A stretch of 46,503 nt of DNA from Candidatus Actinomarina sp. (GTDB taxonomy: Bacteria; Actinomycetota; Acidimicrobiia; Actinomarinales; Actinomarinaceae), in contig JBEROH010000030.1 in assembly GCA_041234785.1 (NCBI GenBank), positions 1 to 46,503 on the forward strand, given 5' to 3'. Positions 37,459-46,369 of the stretch are shown here, piece by piece. The translations under genes were made by a program, and so were the position numbers. The notes below the pieces were generated by a model. That model had not been told where the DNA came from, searched no databases, and saw only the letters and a list, made by a program, of their open reading frames with translations. The stretch's first letter is position 1; each line of letters opens with the position of its first letter.

Positions 37459-38666
37459 TTTTTAACTATAAATTCATCATGTAGCGCATTAAGAGCAACT
37501 TCAATATCTTTACTACTAATAACACATGAAACTCGGATTGGGGAAGTAGAAATCATAGAGATGTTAATGGAATTCTCTCCTAGAATTTTAAACATTTTTG
37601 AAGCAACTCCAGATTCAGACTTCATTCCTGCACCAATAATGGAAACTCTGGCTACGTTTTTGTCCACATCAAACCCTCCAGCATTAAGTTTTGTGGAAAC
37701 ATCTTTTAAAGCTTCTTCTACATCATTTTGTTGATCAAGAGGTGCGGTAAATGAAATATCTGTAATTGAGTCTTTGGAGACATTCTGAACAATCATATCT
37801 ACATTAATTCCCTTATCTGATAACGCACCAAAAACAGTACCAGCTATACCAGGTTGATCAGGTACACCAAAAAGGGTAAATTTAATTTCTTTGTCGTTGT
37901 GAGTAACACCGCTAACTATAGATTCTTCCATTACTTTTTCTTTTACCTTTGTACCCTCATTATTTGTAAAAGTAGATTTTACAATTATTGGTACATTATA
38001 CCTTCTACCAAATTCTACAGACCTTGCCATTAAAACCCCGGCCCCAGTTGAAGACATTTCTAACATTTCTTCATATGTTATTTCTTTAATTAGTTTGGCA
38101 GACTCAATAACTCTAGGATCAGCAGTAAAAACACCTTCTACATCTGTAAAAATTTCACATCTTTCAGCACCAAGAGCAGCAGCTAGTGCAACTGCAGTAG
38201 CATCAGACCCACCCCTTCCCAAAGTAGTTATCTCTCTAGTGTCTCGATTAAAACCTTGGAAACCTGCAACGATAACAATATCTCCATTACTGATGCCTTG
38301 TCTAACACGTTCTCCAGTAATTTCTTCTATTTCTGCTTTACCGTGTCTAGAAGTAGTAATAATTCCTGCTTGAGAACCTGTTAACGAAAAAGATTTATAA
38401 CCTAAGCTGTTTAAATGGATTGAAAGGAGAGACATAGTAATTCTTTCACCAGCAGTTAAAAGCATATCTAACTCACGAGGAATTGGTTTTTCAGAAAGCT
38501 CATTAGCAAGTTGTAAAAGCTCATCAGTACTGGTCCCCATTGCGGAAGGTACAACAACTACATCATTACCTTGTTCCTTGCACTCAATTATTCTTTGTGC
38601 AACGAGTTTTAACGAATCCGTATCCGCTACACTGGTGCCACCAAATTTTTGCACTATTAAAGTCAT
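37455..38666 (-). CDS. lysC: Aspartate kinase with two ACT domains; start moved to ATG 38666
   Basis: [34 protein letters not shown]; TAGAAT 7 nt upstream of 38666. Confidence 0.96.
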   Translation of the reverse strand: MTLIVQKFGGTSVADTDSLKLVAQRIIECKEQGNDVVVVPSAMGTSTDELLQLANELSEKPIPRELDMLLTAGERITMSLLSIHLNSLGYKSFSLTGSQAGIITTSRHGKAEIEEITGERVRQGISNGDIVIVAGFQGFNRDTREITTLGRGGSDATAVALAAALGAERCEIFTDVEGVFTADPRVIESAKLIKEITYEEMLEMSSTGAGVLMARSVEFGRRYNVPIIVKSTFTNNEGTKVKEKVMEESIVSGVTHNDKEIKFTLFGVPDQPGIAGTVFGALSDKGINVDMIVQNVSKDSITDISFTAPLDQQNDVEEALKDVSTKLNAGGFDVDKNVARVSIIGAGMKSESGVASKMFKILGENSINISMISTSPIRVSCVISSKDIEVALNALHDEFIVKK

Positions 38667-38721
38667 TGGAAACATTCTAATTAGTTTCTTAAAGAATTAA
38701 AGAGCCTAGTACTCTAGTTTT

Positions 38722-39600
38722 ATGAGCATAGACTTACATACGCATTCGATAAACTCTGATGGAACTGACTCAATTGATAACATCATAAATAATGCAATAG
38801 AGTTACAATTAGAAGCTATTTGTATATCAGACCATGAATATCTCAATACACAAATAAATCATCCTAAAATCGAAATCATTTCAGGTGTTGAAATAAGTGT
38901 TACTTGGAAAGAGTTAAACAAGTACAATCAATTTGCAGGCATACATTTACTCATATATTTTCTAAAAGATGATTCGCCACTAAATCAAAAGCTTCAAACC
39001 TTAAGAAAAAATAAGATTGGGAGAAACTATAGAATCTTAGATAACTTAAATGATATTGGAGTATCTATTACTCGCGAGGAATTAGATTCTCTGGATACAA
39101 AAGTTCCTGGAAGACCACATATTGCTGAGTTAATGGTTAAAAATAATTATGTCCAAAATATCGGTGAAGCGTTTATACAATATCTTGGCAATGGAAAGAT
39201 TGAAGATTTAGATACACATCAAGAAGATATTGAAGAAATTATCAAACTAGCAATAGAATCGAAATCCTTAATTTTTTTAGCACACCCACATACACTTATG
39301 AGTAATAAGTCTTATTCAAAAAATGATAACTGGGTAAACCAAGAATTCTGTGACTATATCAACGATCTTAAACAATTAGGCATTCATGGTTTAGAAGCCT
39401 ATTACCCGGGTTATAACCAATCAACACTAGATTCTCTTAAAGACATCGCAGAAGATTTTCAACTTCTGGTTTCTGGAGGCAGTGACTACCACGGTACGAG
39501 AAAACCTAGTAATTTATTGGGAATTGGGTACGAAAATAGTCCTTTAAAGGTGCCTTATGAATTACTATCAAGAATGAGAGAAGCTCATGAAAAATTATAA
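38722..39600 (+). CDS. PHP domain phosphoesterase (TrpH/YciV-like)
   Basis: DLHTHS..SDG, SDHE, GVEIS, GRPHIA, LAHP and GGSDYHG motifs. Confidence 0.92.
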   Translation: MSIDLHTHSINSDGTDSIDNIINNAIELQLEAICISDHEYLNTQINHPKIEIISGVEISVTWKELNKYNQFAGIHLLIYFLKDDSPLNQKLQTLRKNKIGRNYRILDNLNDIGVSITREELDSLDTKVPGRPHIAELMVKNNYVQNIGEAFIQYLGNGKIEDLDTHQEDIEEIIKLAIESKSLIFLAHPHTLMSNKSYSKNDNWVNQEFCDYINDLKQLGIHGLEAYYPGYNQSTLDSLKDIAEDFQLLVSGGSDYHGTRKPSNLLGIGYENSPLKVPYELLSRMREAHEKL

Positions 39601-41065
39601 AAAACTTCTAGGTTCAATCTCTATTGTTACATTTTCTTACGCTGCGAGTAGGATTCTTGGTTTTGCAAGAGAAATTTTGTTAGCAAAATGGGCTGGTGTT
39701 TCAAGTGCTACAGATACTCTTGATCTTGCATTTATAATTCCTGATTTCTTATTTTATTTATCAGCTGGTGGCTATTTAGCAATTACATTAATTCCACTAT
39801 TAAGCAATAAAAAAGAAGAAGAATTAACAGAATATTTTCTTTCTCTTTTATATGGGCTTTCTGTTGTATTTATCTCCGTCTCACTAATTACTTTTTTATT
39901 TAGAAATCAGTTTGCAAATTTTCTAGAAGTAGAATCTCCAGATTTTTTTATTGAAATATTTACACCTATTATATTTAGTCAAACTTTCTTTTTTATTGGG
40001 GCAATATTAATGGCTTTTCAATATTTTAAAGATCAATTCTTATATGCGGCAGCAGCACCAGTTATTTATAATGCAACCATCATCCTATTTGGATGGCTGA
40101 ATTCAACATCACCTGAAAATACAATTAGAGGTTTCGCTGTAGGAACTTTAGTAGGTTCAATACTTGGTCATCTAGTTATTCAAATTATTGGTGTAAAAAA
40201 ATCTGGATTGAAATTCAAACTTGTCTCGCCAAGAGTAAAAGATTTAAAAGAGTATCTATTAATTTCACTTCCTCTAGTTATTGGTCAATCTATTGCAGTA
40301 GTGGATGAGCAGCTCTTTAGAATTTTTGGTTCATTACTCTCTGTTGGAACCGTTGCTACATTTAGGTATGCTCGAAGAATTGCATTACTTCCTGTTGGAA
40401 TTGTAGCGCAAGCGGTAGGGGTTGCTAGCTACCCTTTACTAGCAAGACTTTATAAAAATAATGAAATTGAAGAATTAATTTTATTAATCAAAAAACAGAT
40501 TAGTTATTTGTTCTTGGTTAGTGGTTCACTTATGCTCGTCGGTATTTTAAATTCAAATTTAATCGTAAAAGTTGTATATGAAAGAGGTGCTTTTACTACT
40601 GTAGATACCAACAGAGTTGCTACAGTTTTTTCAATAATTGTATTGGCAGTAATACCGTGGTCACTAAATCAGATTGTCACTAGATCATTTTATGTCCAAC
40701 AAAAATTTTGGTTTCCTGTTTTATGGGGTTCTATAGTAACCTTGTTGACTTCTCTTGTTTTAGTTTCAATTTCAAAAAGTGCAGTAAATTATTCTTCGAC
40801 TATTGTTATTTCACTATTTGTTTATTTTGTCATCCTGATATTCACACTTAAATTTAATGAAACTCCCGTATTGGATTCTTTTTTAATTTTTGATTTACTT
40901 AAAATGTCTTTAGTTTTTTATATAACTTACCTTGTTTCAAACAAGTTTATTACGGAGGCAACTTTTCTAAGTTTTGGCGTAAGTTTAATTTCTGTTTCAA
41001 CTTTAATTTTTGTCTCACTTAAATTGCTAAAATTTGAGTATATTAATATAGCTAAAAGAAGATAA
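39587..41065 (+). CDS. murJ: Lipid II flippase MurJ/MviN
   Basis: SRILGF.RE...A, AF.IPD, YA.R...LP.G and ERGAF motifs; many TM segments. Confidence 0.9.
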   Translation: MKNYKKLLGSISIVTFSYAASRILGFAREILLAKWAGVSSATDTLDLAFIIPDFLFYLSAGGYLAITLIPLLSNKKEEELTEYFLSLLYGLSVVFISVSLITFLFRNQFANFLEVESPDFFIEIFTPIIFSQTFFFIGAILMAFQYFKDQFLYAAAAPVIYNATIILFGWLNSTSPENTIRGFAVGTLVGSILGHLVIQIIGVKKSGLKFKLVSPRVKDLKEYLLISLPLVIGQSIAVVDEQLFRIFGSLLSVGTVATFRYARRIALLPVGIVAQAVGVASYPLLARLYKNNEIEELILLIKKQISYLFLVSGSLMLVGILNSNLIVKVVYERGAFTTVDTNRVATVFSIIVLAVIPWSLNQIVTRSFYVQQKFWFPVLWGSIVTLLTSLVLVSISKSAVNYSSTIVISLFVYFVILIFTLKFNETPVLDSFLIFDLLKMSLVFYITYLVSNKFITEATFLSFGVSLISVSTLIFVSLKLLKFEYINIAKRR

Positions 41066-41406
41066 TGCAAAAATTTCCATTAAAAAAAGGTTTATCCAGT
41101 GCTCAAGAGTTGCACGAAGAAATTAATACCTACATTGATGTCATAATGGGTCACATCACTCCTCCAATTGCAGATGGTGTTGATACACTATTTGAAGTTA
41201 GTAGCACCTACCTTGCAAGAGCAAAGGAAATAGAAATTAAACTCTTAGAAAGAGAACGTAGTACAAAAATCGATGCTGGAGATGATCTAAAAAAGTTTCG
41301 TACAGGCGAACTAAGAAGTTTTATTGAGCTATGTAAGAGTGCTCAAAATCAAGGTTCAAGAAGAATTACTGTTGCTTTAAGCGAACTTAACTTAAAAGAA
41401 AGCTAA
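41065..41406 (+). CDS. Hypothetical soluble helical protein, 113 aa
   Basis: TAATG overlap with murJ; composition typical of a real protein; family not recognised. Confidence 0.8.
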   Translation: MQKFPLKKGLSSAQELHEEINTYIDVIMGHITPPIADGVDTLFEVSSTYLARAKEIEIKLLERERSTKIDAGDDLKKFRTGELRSFIELCKSAQNQGSRRITVALSELNLKES

Positions 41407-42947
41407 TCGACATCTTTAACATCAAAGATTTGGTTGATATTATCACGTACTTCATCGCCAAGATTAACTTGATCAAAAACTCCGTTAAAGCTTTGTATTA
41501 CTACTGATACATTGATTCCCATTTTTTTTGCAATACTTGACTCAATGTATTCTTTAATATCATCAGCTTTATTTAACTCAGCTAATAAATACTCATTATG
41601 CTTTTCAATAAATAAGACTAGTTTTTCATCATCAATATCGGGTTTTACTAAAGTTAAGTATGAGTATTTTCTTGGAGTTAATACTTGTTTAGCTTCTTCC
41701 AAAATCTTTGGCCAATAAACATCAAAATTTTCGATACTGTTCTTTTTTGAAGTTTTGACAACAATATCTTTTTCTATTTGCTTACTTACTTTTTTAGTAA
41801 CTTCATTATCTTTTGTTACCAGTTTAGGAGGAGGGGTTTTGCTTTCTTGTGTTCTTGGATGTGATATTTGCCCTTCAATAAGATCTAAACGTCTAACGAT
41901 AGAATTTGCGTCTGTTGCTAGTTGAGGTTTTATTAATTTAATTAAAAATAGCTCTAATTTTAACTCCTGTGAAGGTGAACTTTTTATTTGTTGATTAACA
42001 TCATCTAACATGTCTAATATTCTGGCAAGTTGTTTTGCTGTAATTAAGTCATTGCAATCTTGAACTAGTTTTTTTTCATTTTCACTTAAATTTACAAAAT
42101 TGGAATCAGTCGGTAGATATTTTAGATAGAAAACACTTCTAAAGAGATGTGTAATCGAAGTCAAAATATCAATTGGCTGAAGTCCTTTGTTGTAATTCTG
42201 TTTTAGAACTGAAAGAACTGACCCCGTATCTTGTGTAGTCATTGAATTAATTATGAGAAGTAAATCTTCGATTGAAACTTTTCCTAAAATATTATATAAA
42301 TCATCTAAGTTTGCTTTTTCACCAAAAGTATTAAAAGTTTGTTCGTATAAATTAATTGCATCACGCAATGAACCGTCACTGTAATTTGCAATGTTATCAA
42401 TAACATTTTTATCAAGCTTAATTTGTTCTTTCTTACCAATCATTTCAAGAGTTGAGATGATGTCCTTGTTAGATATTCTCTTAAAAGCTATATGGGTAGT
42501 TCTACTTTTAATTGTCTCTATAACTCTATCAGGCTCAGTTGTAGCAAGAATAAATATAATATGCGCTGGGGGTTCTTCTAAAGTTTTTAAAAAAGCATTA
42601 GAAGCAGCATTTGAAAGCATGTGTACCTCATCAAGAATAAAAACTCTTCTTTTCCCAGGACTGCTGGCAATAAAATTTATACTTTCATTTAATTCTCTAA
42701 TGTCATCAACTTTATTATGTGAAGCAGCATCAATTTCTGTAATATCAAAAATTGGATCGCATCCTATAGTTGAGGCGATTATACGTGCTAAAGAAGTTTT
42801 TCCTACGCCTCTTGGGCCAGAAAATAAAAATGCATGACTTAAATTATCATTCTCAATTTGTTTACTTATCAAAGTAACTGCTTCAGATTGGCCAATCAAC
42901 TGCTCTAAGGTCGATGGTCTATACCTTCTGTAAAGTGCTTCTTGCAT
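41403..42947 (-). CDS. dnaX: DNA polymerase III subunit gamma/tau; start moved to ATG 42947
   Basis: ALYRRYRP, GPRGVGKT, EIDAAS, DEVHMLS..A.NA.LKTLEEPP, SRT and GSLRDA motifs. Confidence 0.96.
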   Translation of the reverse strand: MQEALYRRYRPSTLEQLIGQSEAVTLISKQIENDNLSHAFLFSGPRGVGKTSLARIIASTIGCDPIFDITEIDAASHNKVDDIRELNESINFIASSPGKRRVFILDEVHMLSNAASNAFLKTLEEPPAHIIFILATTEPDRVIETIKSRTTHIAFKRISNKDIISTLEMIGKKEQIKLDKNVIDNIANYSDGSLRDAINLYEQTFNTFGEKANLDDLYNILGKVSIEDLLLIINSMTTQDTGSVLSVLKQNYNKGLQPIDILTSITHLFRSVFYLKYLPTDSNFVNLSENEKKLVQDCNDLITAKQLARILDMLDDVNQQIKSSPSQELKLELFLIKLIKPQLATDANSIVRRLDLIEGQISHPRTQESKTPPPKLVTKDNEVTKKVSKQIEKDIVVKTSKKNSIENFDVYWPKILEEAKQVLTPRKYSYLTLVKPDIDDEKLVLFIEKHNEYLLAELNKADDIKEYIESSIAKKMGINVSVVIQSFNGVFDQVNLGDEVRDNINQIFDVKDVD

Positions 42948-43006
42948 ATCAATAAATGGTAGTATCTTTTCTTTATATATTGCAATACACAATTAAACTA
43001 AGTCAA

Positions 43007-43558
43007 GTGAGAATAGGTGTTGACTTAGATGGTGTTGTGGCTAATTTTACTGAAGGCTGGACTTCTCAATATAAAAAAGACTTTGGTAAGGAAATTCTAG
43101 ATTCTGAAATTACAGAGTGGGGCCTTGCAAAACCATTAACTCATTTTGATAAAGAAATAGATTTTTGGAACTGGGCCAAAGATATAAATGGTTCTTCTAT
43201 TTTTAGACATTTAAAAACCTATAAAAACTCTGTGGAAACACTTCGTGAATTAGCTTTTGCCGGTTATGAAATAATAATTCTCTCTTCTAAGCCATGGTGG
43301 GCAGTTCACGATACATTGATGTGGATTGGTGAAAATAAAATACCTTCAAAAGAAATTCACTTTATTGAAGATAAGTGGAACGTTGAATGTGATGTCTACA
43401 TTGATGACGCACCTCATCAATTAGAAAGCTTTGTAAAACATGCTCCGGAAAAATTAATCTTAAGGTTTGTCAGAGAATACAACAGGCCTGTGCAAGGGAC
43501 TCTAGACTTACACAACTGGTTGGAATTAACTTCTTTACTAGAAAACCACAACTTATAA
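43007..43558 (+). CDS. HAD-family 5'(3')-deoxyribonucleotidase (NT5C-like); start most likely GTG 43007
   Basis: RIGVDLDGVVA (DxD), K..V.CDVYIDD motifs; TAAACT 7 nt upstream of the GTG. Confidence 0.82.
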   Translation: MRIGVDLDGVVANFTEGWTSQYKKDFGKEILDSEITEWGLAKPLTHFDKEIDFWNWAKDINGSSIFRHLKTYKNSVETLRELAFAGYEIIILSSKPWWAVHDTLMWIGENKIPSKEIHFIEDKWNVECDVYIDDAPHQLESFVKHAPEKLILRFVREYNRPVQGTLDLHNWLELTSLLENHNL

Positions 43559-43567
43559 AATATAGTT

Positions 43568-44548
43568 ATGAATGATTCATTTGTTTTAAGAGATAGAATT
43601 TGGCGTGAGCATAATGAGCAAATGACATTATCTAGTGGTGCAACATTATCCAGCAAATCATTAGGTAGAGAACAAAAAGAAGAACATGACATCTTCAGAA
43701 CATGTTTTGAACGTGATCGTGATCGAATTATTCACTCTAAAGCTTTTAGAAGACTGAAGCATAAAACACAAGTGTTTATCAATCCCGATGGTGACCACTA
43801 CATAACAAGAATGACTCACACATTGCAAGTTACTCAGATAGGTAGGGCGATAGCAAAGACTTTAGGGTTGAATCCAGATTTGACAGAAGCTATCTGCCTT
43901 GGACATGACGTGGGGCATTCACCATTTGGTCATACTGGAGAAGATGTACTAAATGAGATGCTAAAAGATGGTTGGAGCCATTCTGAAAACTCCGTAAAAA
44001 TTTTATCTTATATAGAGCCTTTAAATTTATCTAAAGAAACTCTTAATGGAATTGAAAAACATCCATGGAAATACAGCGACCCACCTTTTACACCTGAGGG
44101 AATGGTGTGTCGACTAGCAGATAGAATTGCATATTTATCTCATGATGTAGAAGACGCAATAAGGGCGGGAGTCTTGAATGTAAATAATATCCCTAAAAAT
44201 ATTATAAATGAGCTAGGTCCACCTGGAAAAAGTTGGATCAACTCTCTAATATCAGGTGTGATTAAAGGTTCTTCTTCAGGAGAGTTGTCAATGGATGCAA
44301 GTGTGTTGGAAACTATGAACACCTTAAGAGAGTTTATGTTTGAGAATGTTTATCTCAGAGAAGAAACCATGCAACAAAGGTCTGATGCAAAAAAGATAGT
44401 TGAGTTTTTAGTTTTATATTTTCAAAATAATCCTGAACAACTTCCTTCTTCTTATGTTCAAGAACAATCTGAGATTCAAAATTCAGTTGATTACGTTGCA
44501 GGTATGACTGACAGATTTGCTATTGCTACCTATGAATCAATTAATTAA
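43568..44548 (+). CDS. dgt: Deoxyguanosinetriphosphate triphosphohydrolase-like HD protein
   Basis: FERDRDRIIHS.AFRRL.HKTQVF, HD.GH.PFGH.GE, AD.IAY..HD.ED and DYVAGMTD.FA motifs. Confidence 0.95.
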   Translation: MNDSFVLRDRIWREHNEQMTLSSGATLSSKSLGREQKEEHDIFRTCFERDRDRIIHSKAFRRLKHKTQVFINPDGDHYITRMTHTLQVTQIGRAIAKTLGLNPDLTEAICLGHDVGHSPFGHTGEDVLNEMLKDGWSHSENSVKILSYIEPLNLSKETLNGIEKHPWKYSDPPFTPEGMVCRLADRIAYLSHDVEDAIRAGVLNVNNIPKNIINELGPPGKSWINSLISGVIKGSSSGELSMDASVLETMNTLREFMFENVYLREETMQQRSDAKKIVEFLVLYFQNNPEQLPSSYVQEQSEIQNSVDYVAGMTDRFAIATYESIN

Positions 44549-45350
44549 ACTTCGGGTCTCTTTTTTCGAGAAAGGCAGTTACTCCCTCTTTTAAATCTTG
44601 AGAGAGTAAAAAACTAGTATTCCAGAGTTGTACAAAATCTAATGCTTGCTCTGTAGTAAGGTCTTCACCCTTGTCTAAAACTTGTTTAACACCTTGTACT
44701 ACATCTTCAGCATTGTTTGCAATTTCTTCAGCTAAAGCTACTCCTGCTGAAAAAAGCTCTTCAAATGAATCATAGGTATTGTTTACAAAACGAATTTTCT
44801 CAGCATGAACGCCATCAAACATTTTTCCTGTATAGGCTAACTCTCTAACATCACCTTTAGAAACAATTTTTGGCATCCGTTGCAATATTCCAACGTCTGC
44901 AACAAGTCCCAACTTGGTCTCTCCAATTGAAAATTTTGCATCCTTGGTTGAGAGTCTTATGTCACAAGCTGAAATTAAGTTAGTTGCTCCTCCAATACAG
45001 TAGCCGTGAGCGAGTGCGATGACTGGTACTGTGGTTTTTGATAAAGAGGTAAATGCTTGTTGCATTTTTTCAATTGAAGATTTTAATTTTTTTCGATCTT
45101 TTGATGATGTGGTCATTTCCTCATTAATGACAAAGTCAGACATAAACATTGAAATATCAATTCCAGCTGAAAAGGAGTCTCCCTTGCCTGCGATGACAAT
45201 ACATCTCACACTTTCATCATCATCAAGCTCTTTAACTAACTTTTGTAACCCAAACCAAAGGTCTGCATCTAAAGCATTTTTCTTTTCGGTTCTATTAAGC
45301 CATACATATCCAACATTGTTTTTCACTTCTTTTATTAATTTGTCTTCCAT
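44541..45350 (-). CDS. Crotonase/enoyl-CoA hydratase family (dienoyl-CoA isomerase-like)
   Basis: LNR.EKKNA, FSAGID, HGYCIGG...SACDIR, E..LG..AD.G and AFLEKR.P.F motifs. Confidence 0.92.
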   Translation of the reverse strand: MEDKLIKEVKNNVGYVWLNRTEKKNALDADLWFGLQKLVKELDDDESVRCIVIAGKGDSFSAGIDISMFMSDFVINEEMTTSSKDRKKLKSSIEKMQQAFTSLSKTTVPVIALAHGYCIGGATNLISACDIRLSTKDAKFSIGETKLGLVADVGILQRMPKIVSKGDVRELAYTGKMFDGVHAEKIRFVNNTYDSFEELFSAGVALAEEIANNAEDVVQGVKQVLDKGEDLTTEQALDFVQLWNTSFLLSQDLKEGVTAFLEKRDPKFN

Positions 45351-45376
45351 TTAATTAATATTAGTAAGATAGTTTA

Positions 45377-46039
45377 ATGGATGTATTCGAAGCGTTATAT
45401 ACAACTAGAGCAATGCGCAGGGTTTCTGAGGACCCAATTCCAGAAGAAGTTTTAAAACAAATGGTAGATGCCGGAATTAGAGCGCCAAGTGGTTCTAATA
45501 GACAGGGGTGGAAGTTTATTGTAGTGACTGATCCATCAATAAAAAATCAACTTGGAGATATTTATAGAGAGGCATGGAGTTTCTATGTCAAAGAATTTTA
45601 TGGCAATAATCCTGATCTAGGGGCATCAAATGTAAGCAACTCTGAAAAAGCAAAAGAAGTGTCAAGAATTAGTAATTCAGCAACTTGGTTAGCTCAAAAC
45701 TATCACAAGGTACCAGCATTGTTTGTAGTACTTTCAAGAAACGATCCGACTGGTTCATCAATTTATCCAGCTGTATGGAACATAATGCTAGCAGGTAGAG
45801 CTCATGGAATAGGAACTTGTCTTACAACTGTATTGGGCATGTTTAAACCAGATCAAGCTTTTGATGTTTTAAAAATACCTAAAGACAAAGGCTGGAAAAT
45901 TGATGCTGTCATAACTGCGGGCTACCCACTTGGCAAGTGGGGTGTGGCTAAACGTACACCTGTTGATGAAGTTACGTATTTAGATACATGGGGAAATGAA
46001 ACAAATTGGAATGTAAATGAACCCCTTTGGAATTATTAA
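45377..46039 (+). CDS. Nitroreductase family protein
   Basis: TRAMRR...PIP, APSGSN.Q.W.F.VV, SIYPAV.N..LA.RA.G.GT and GYP motifs. Confidence 0.92.
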   Translation: MDVFEALYTTRAMRRVSEDPIPEEVLKQMVDAGIRAPSGSNRQGWKFIVVTDPSIKNQLGDIYREAWSFYVKEFYGNNPDLGASNVSNSEKAKEVSRISNSATWLAQNYHKVPALFVVLSRNDPTGSSIYPAVWNIMLAGRAHGIGTCLTTVLGMFKPDQAFDVLKIPKDKGWKIDAVITAGYPLGKWGVAKRTPVDEVTYLDTWGNETNWNVNEPLWNY

Positions 46040-46056
46040 AAAATTTTTTTAAAGTT

Positions 46057-46263
46057 CTAAGGATTAAAATTTATCCCTGAAGTATTAATGCTATTTAATA
46101 TTCTTTCTTTTTTTGCTTGCTGTGTTCCAACTTTTAAATCAATGTCTCTACAAATAGAATCTGTAAAATTTGCGTCAAAAGATGCACAATTTTTTTCCGT
46201 TTCATAATAATTTTCACCACAGCTTAGGAAGCAAATTAGAAAGAAAAATAAAATTTTTTTCAT
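46057..46263 (-). CDS. Small putative lipoprotein
   Basis: MKK, hydrophobic core and FLSC lipobox; two further Cys; TAAACT 7 nt upstream of ATG. Confidence 0.65.
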   Translation of the reverse strand: MKKILFFFLICFLSCGENYYETEKNCASFDANFTDSICRDIDLKVGTQQAKKERILNSINTSGINFNP

Positions 46264-46295
46264 AAAAAATAGTTTAGTAAGTAATTATTTCGAAG

Positions 46296-46369
46296 CACGC
46301 CTGGAGGGAGTCGAACCCCCAACCTTCTGATCCGTAATCAGATGCTCTATCCAATTAAGCTACAGGCGC
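46296..46369 (-). tRNA. tRNA-Arg (anticodon ACG), CCA not encoded
   Basis: Cloverleaf; anticodon arm TCTGA-TTACGGA-TCAGA; T-loop TTCGACT. Confidence 0.95.

Noticed and set aside
814-45354. Antisense or nested ORFs in the track (e.g. 814-1116, 4566-5021, 15588-15977, 19943-20314, 30726-31226, 42391-42837, 45019-45354)
   Set aside because: They are shadows of well-supported genes on the opposite strand or in another frame, with no motifs of their own.
307-46369. 46-kb integrative element bounded by direct repeats (the two tRNA-Arg genes share a 17-bp identical 3' segment)
   Set aside because: Both copies are full-length tRNAs with different anticodons; the interior is housekeeping genes; no integrase, phage or conjugation genes are present.
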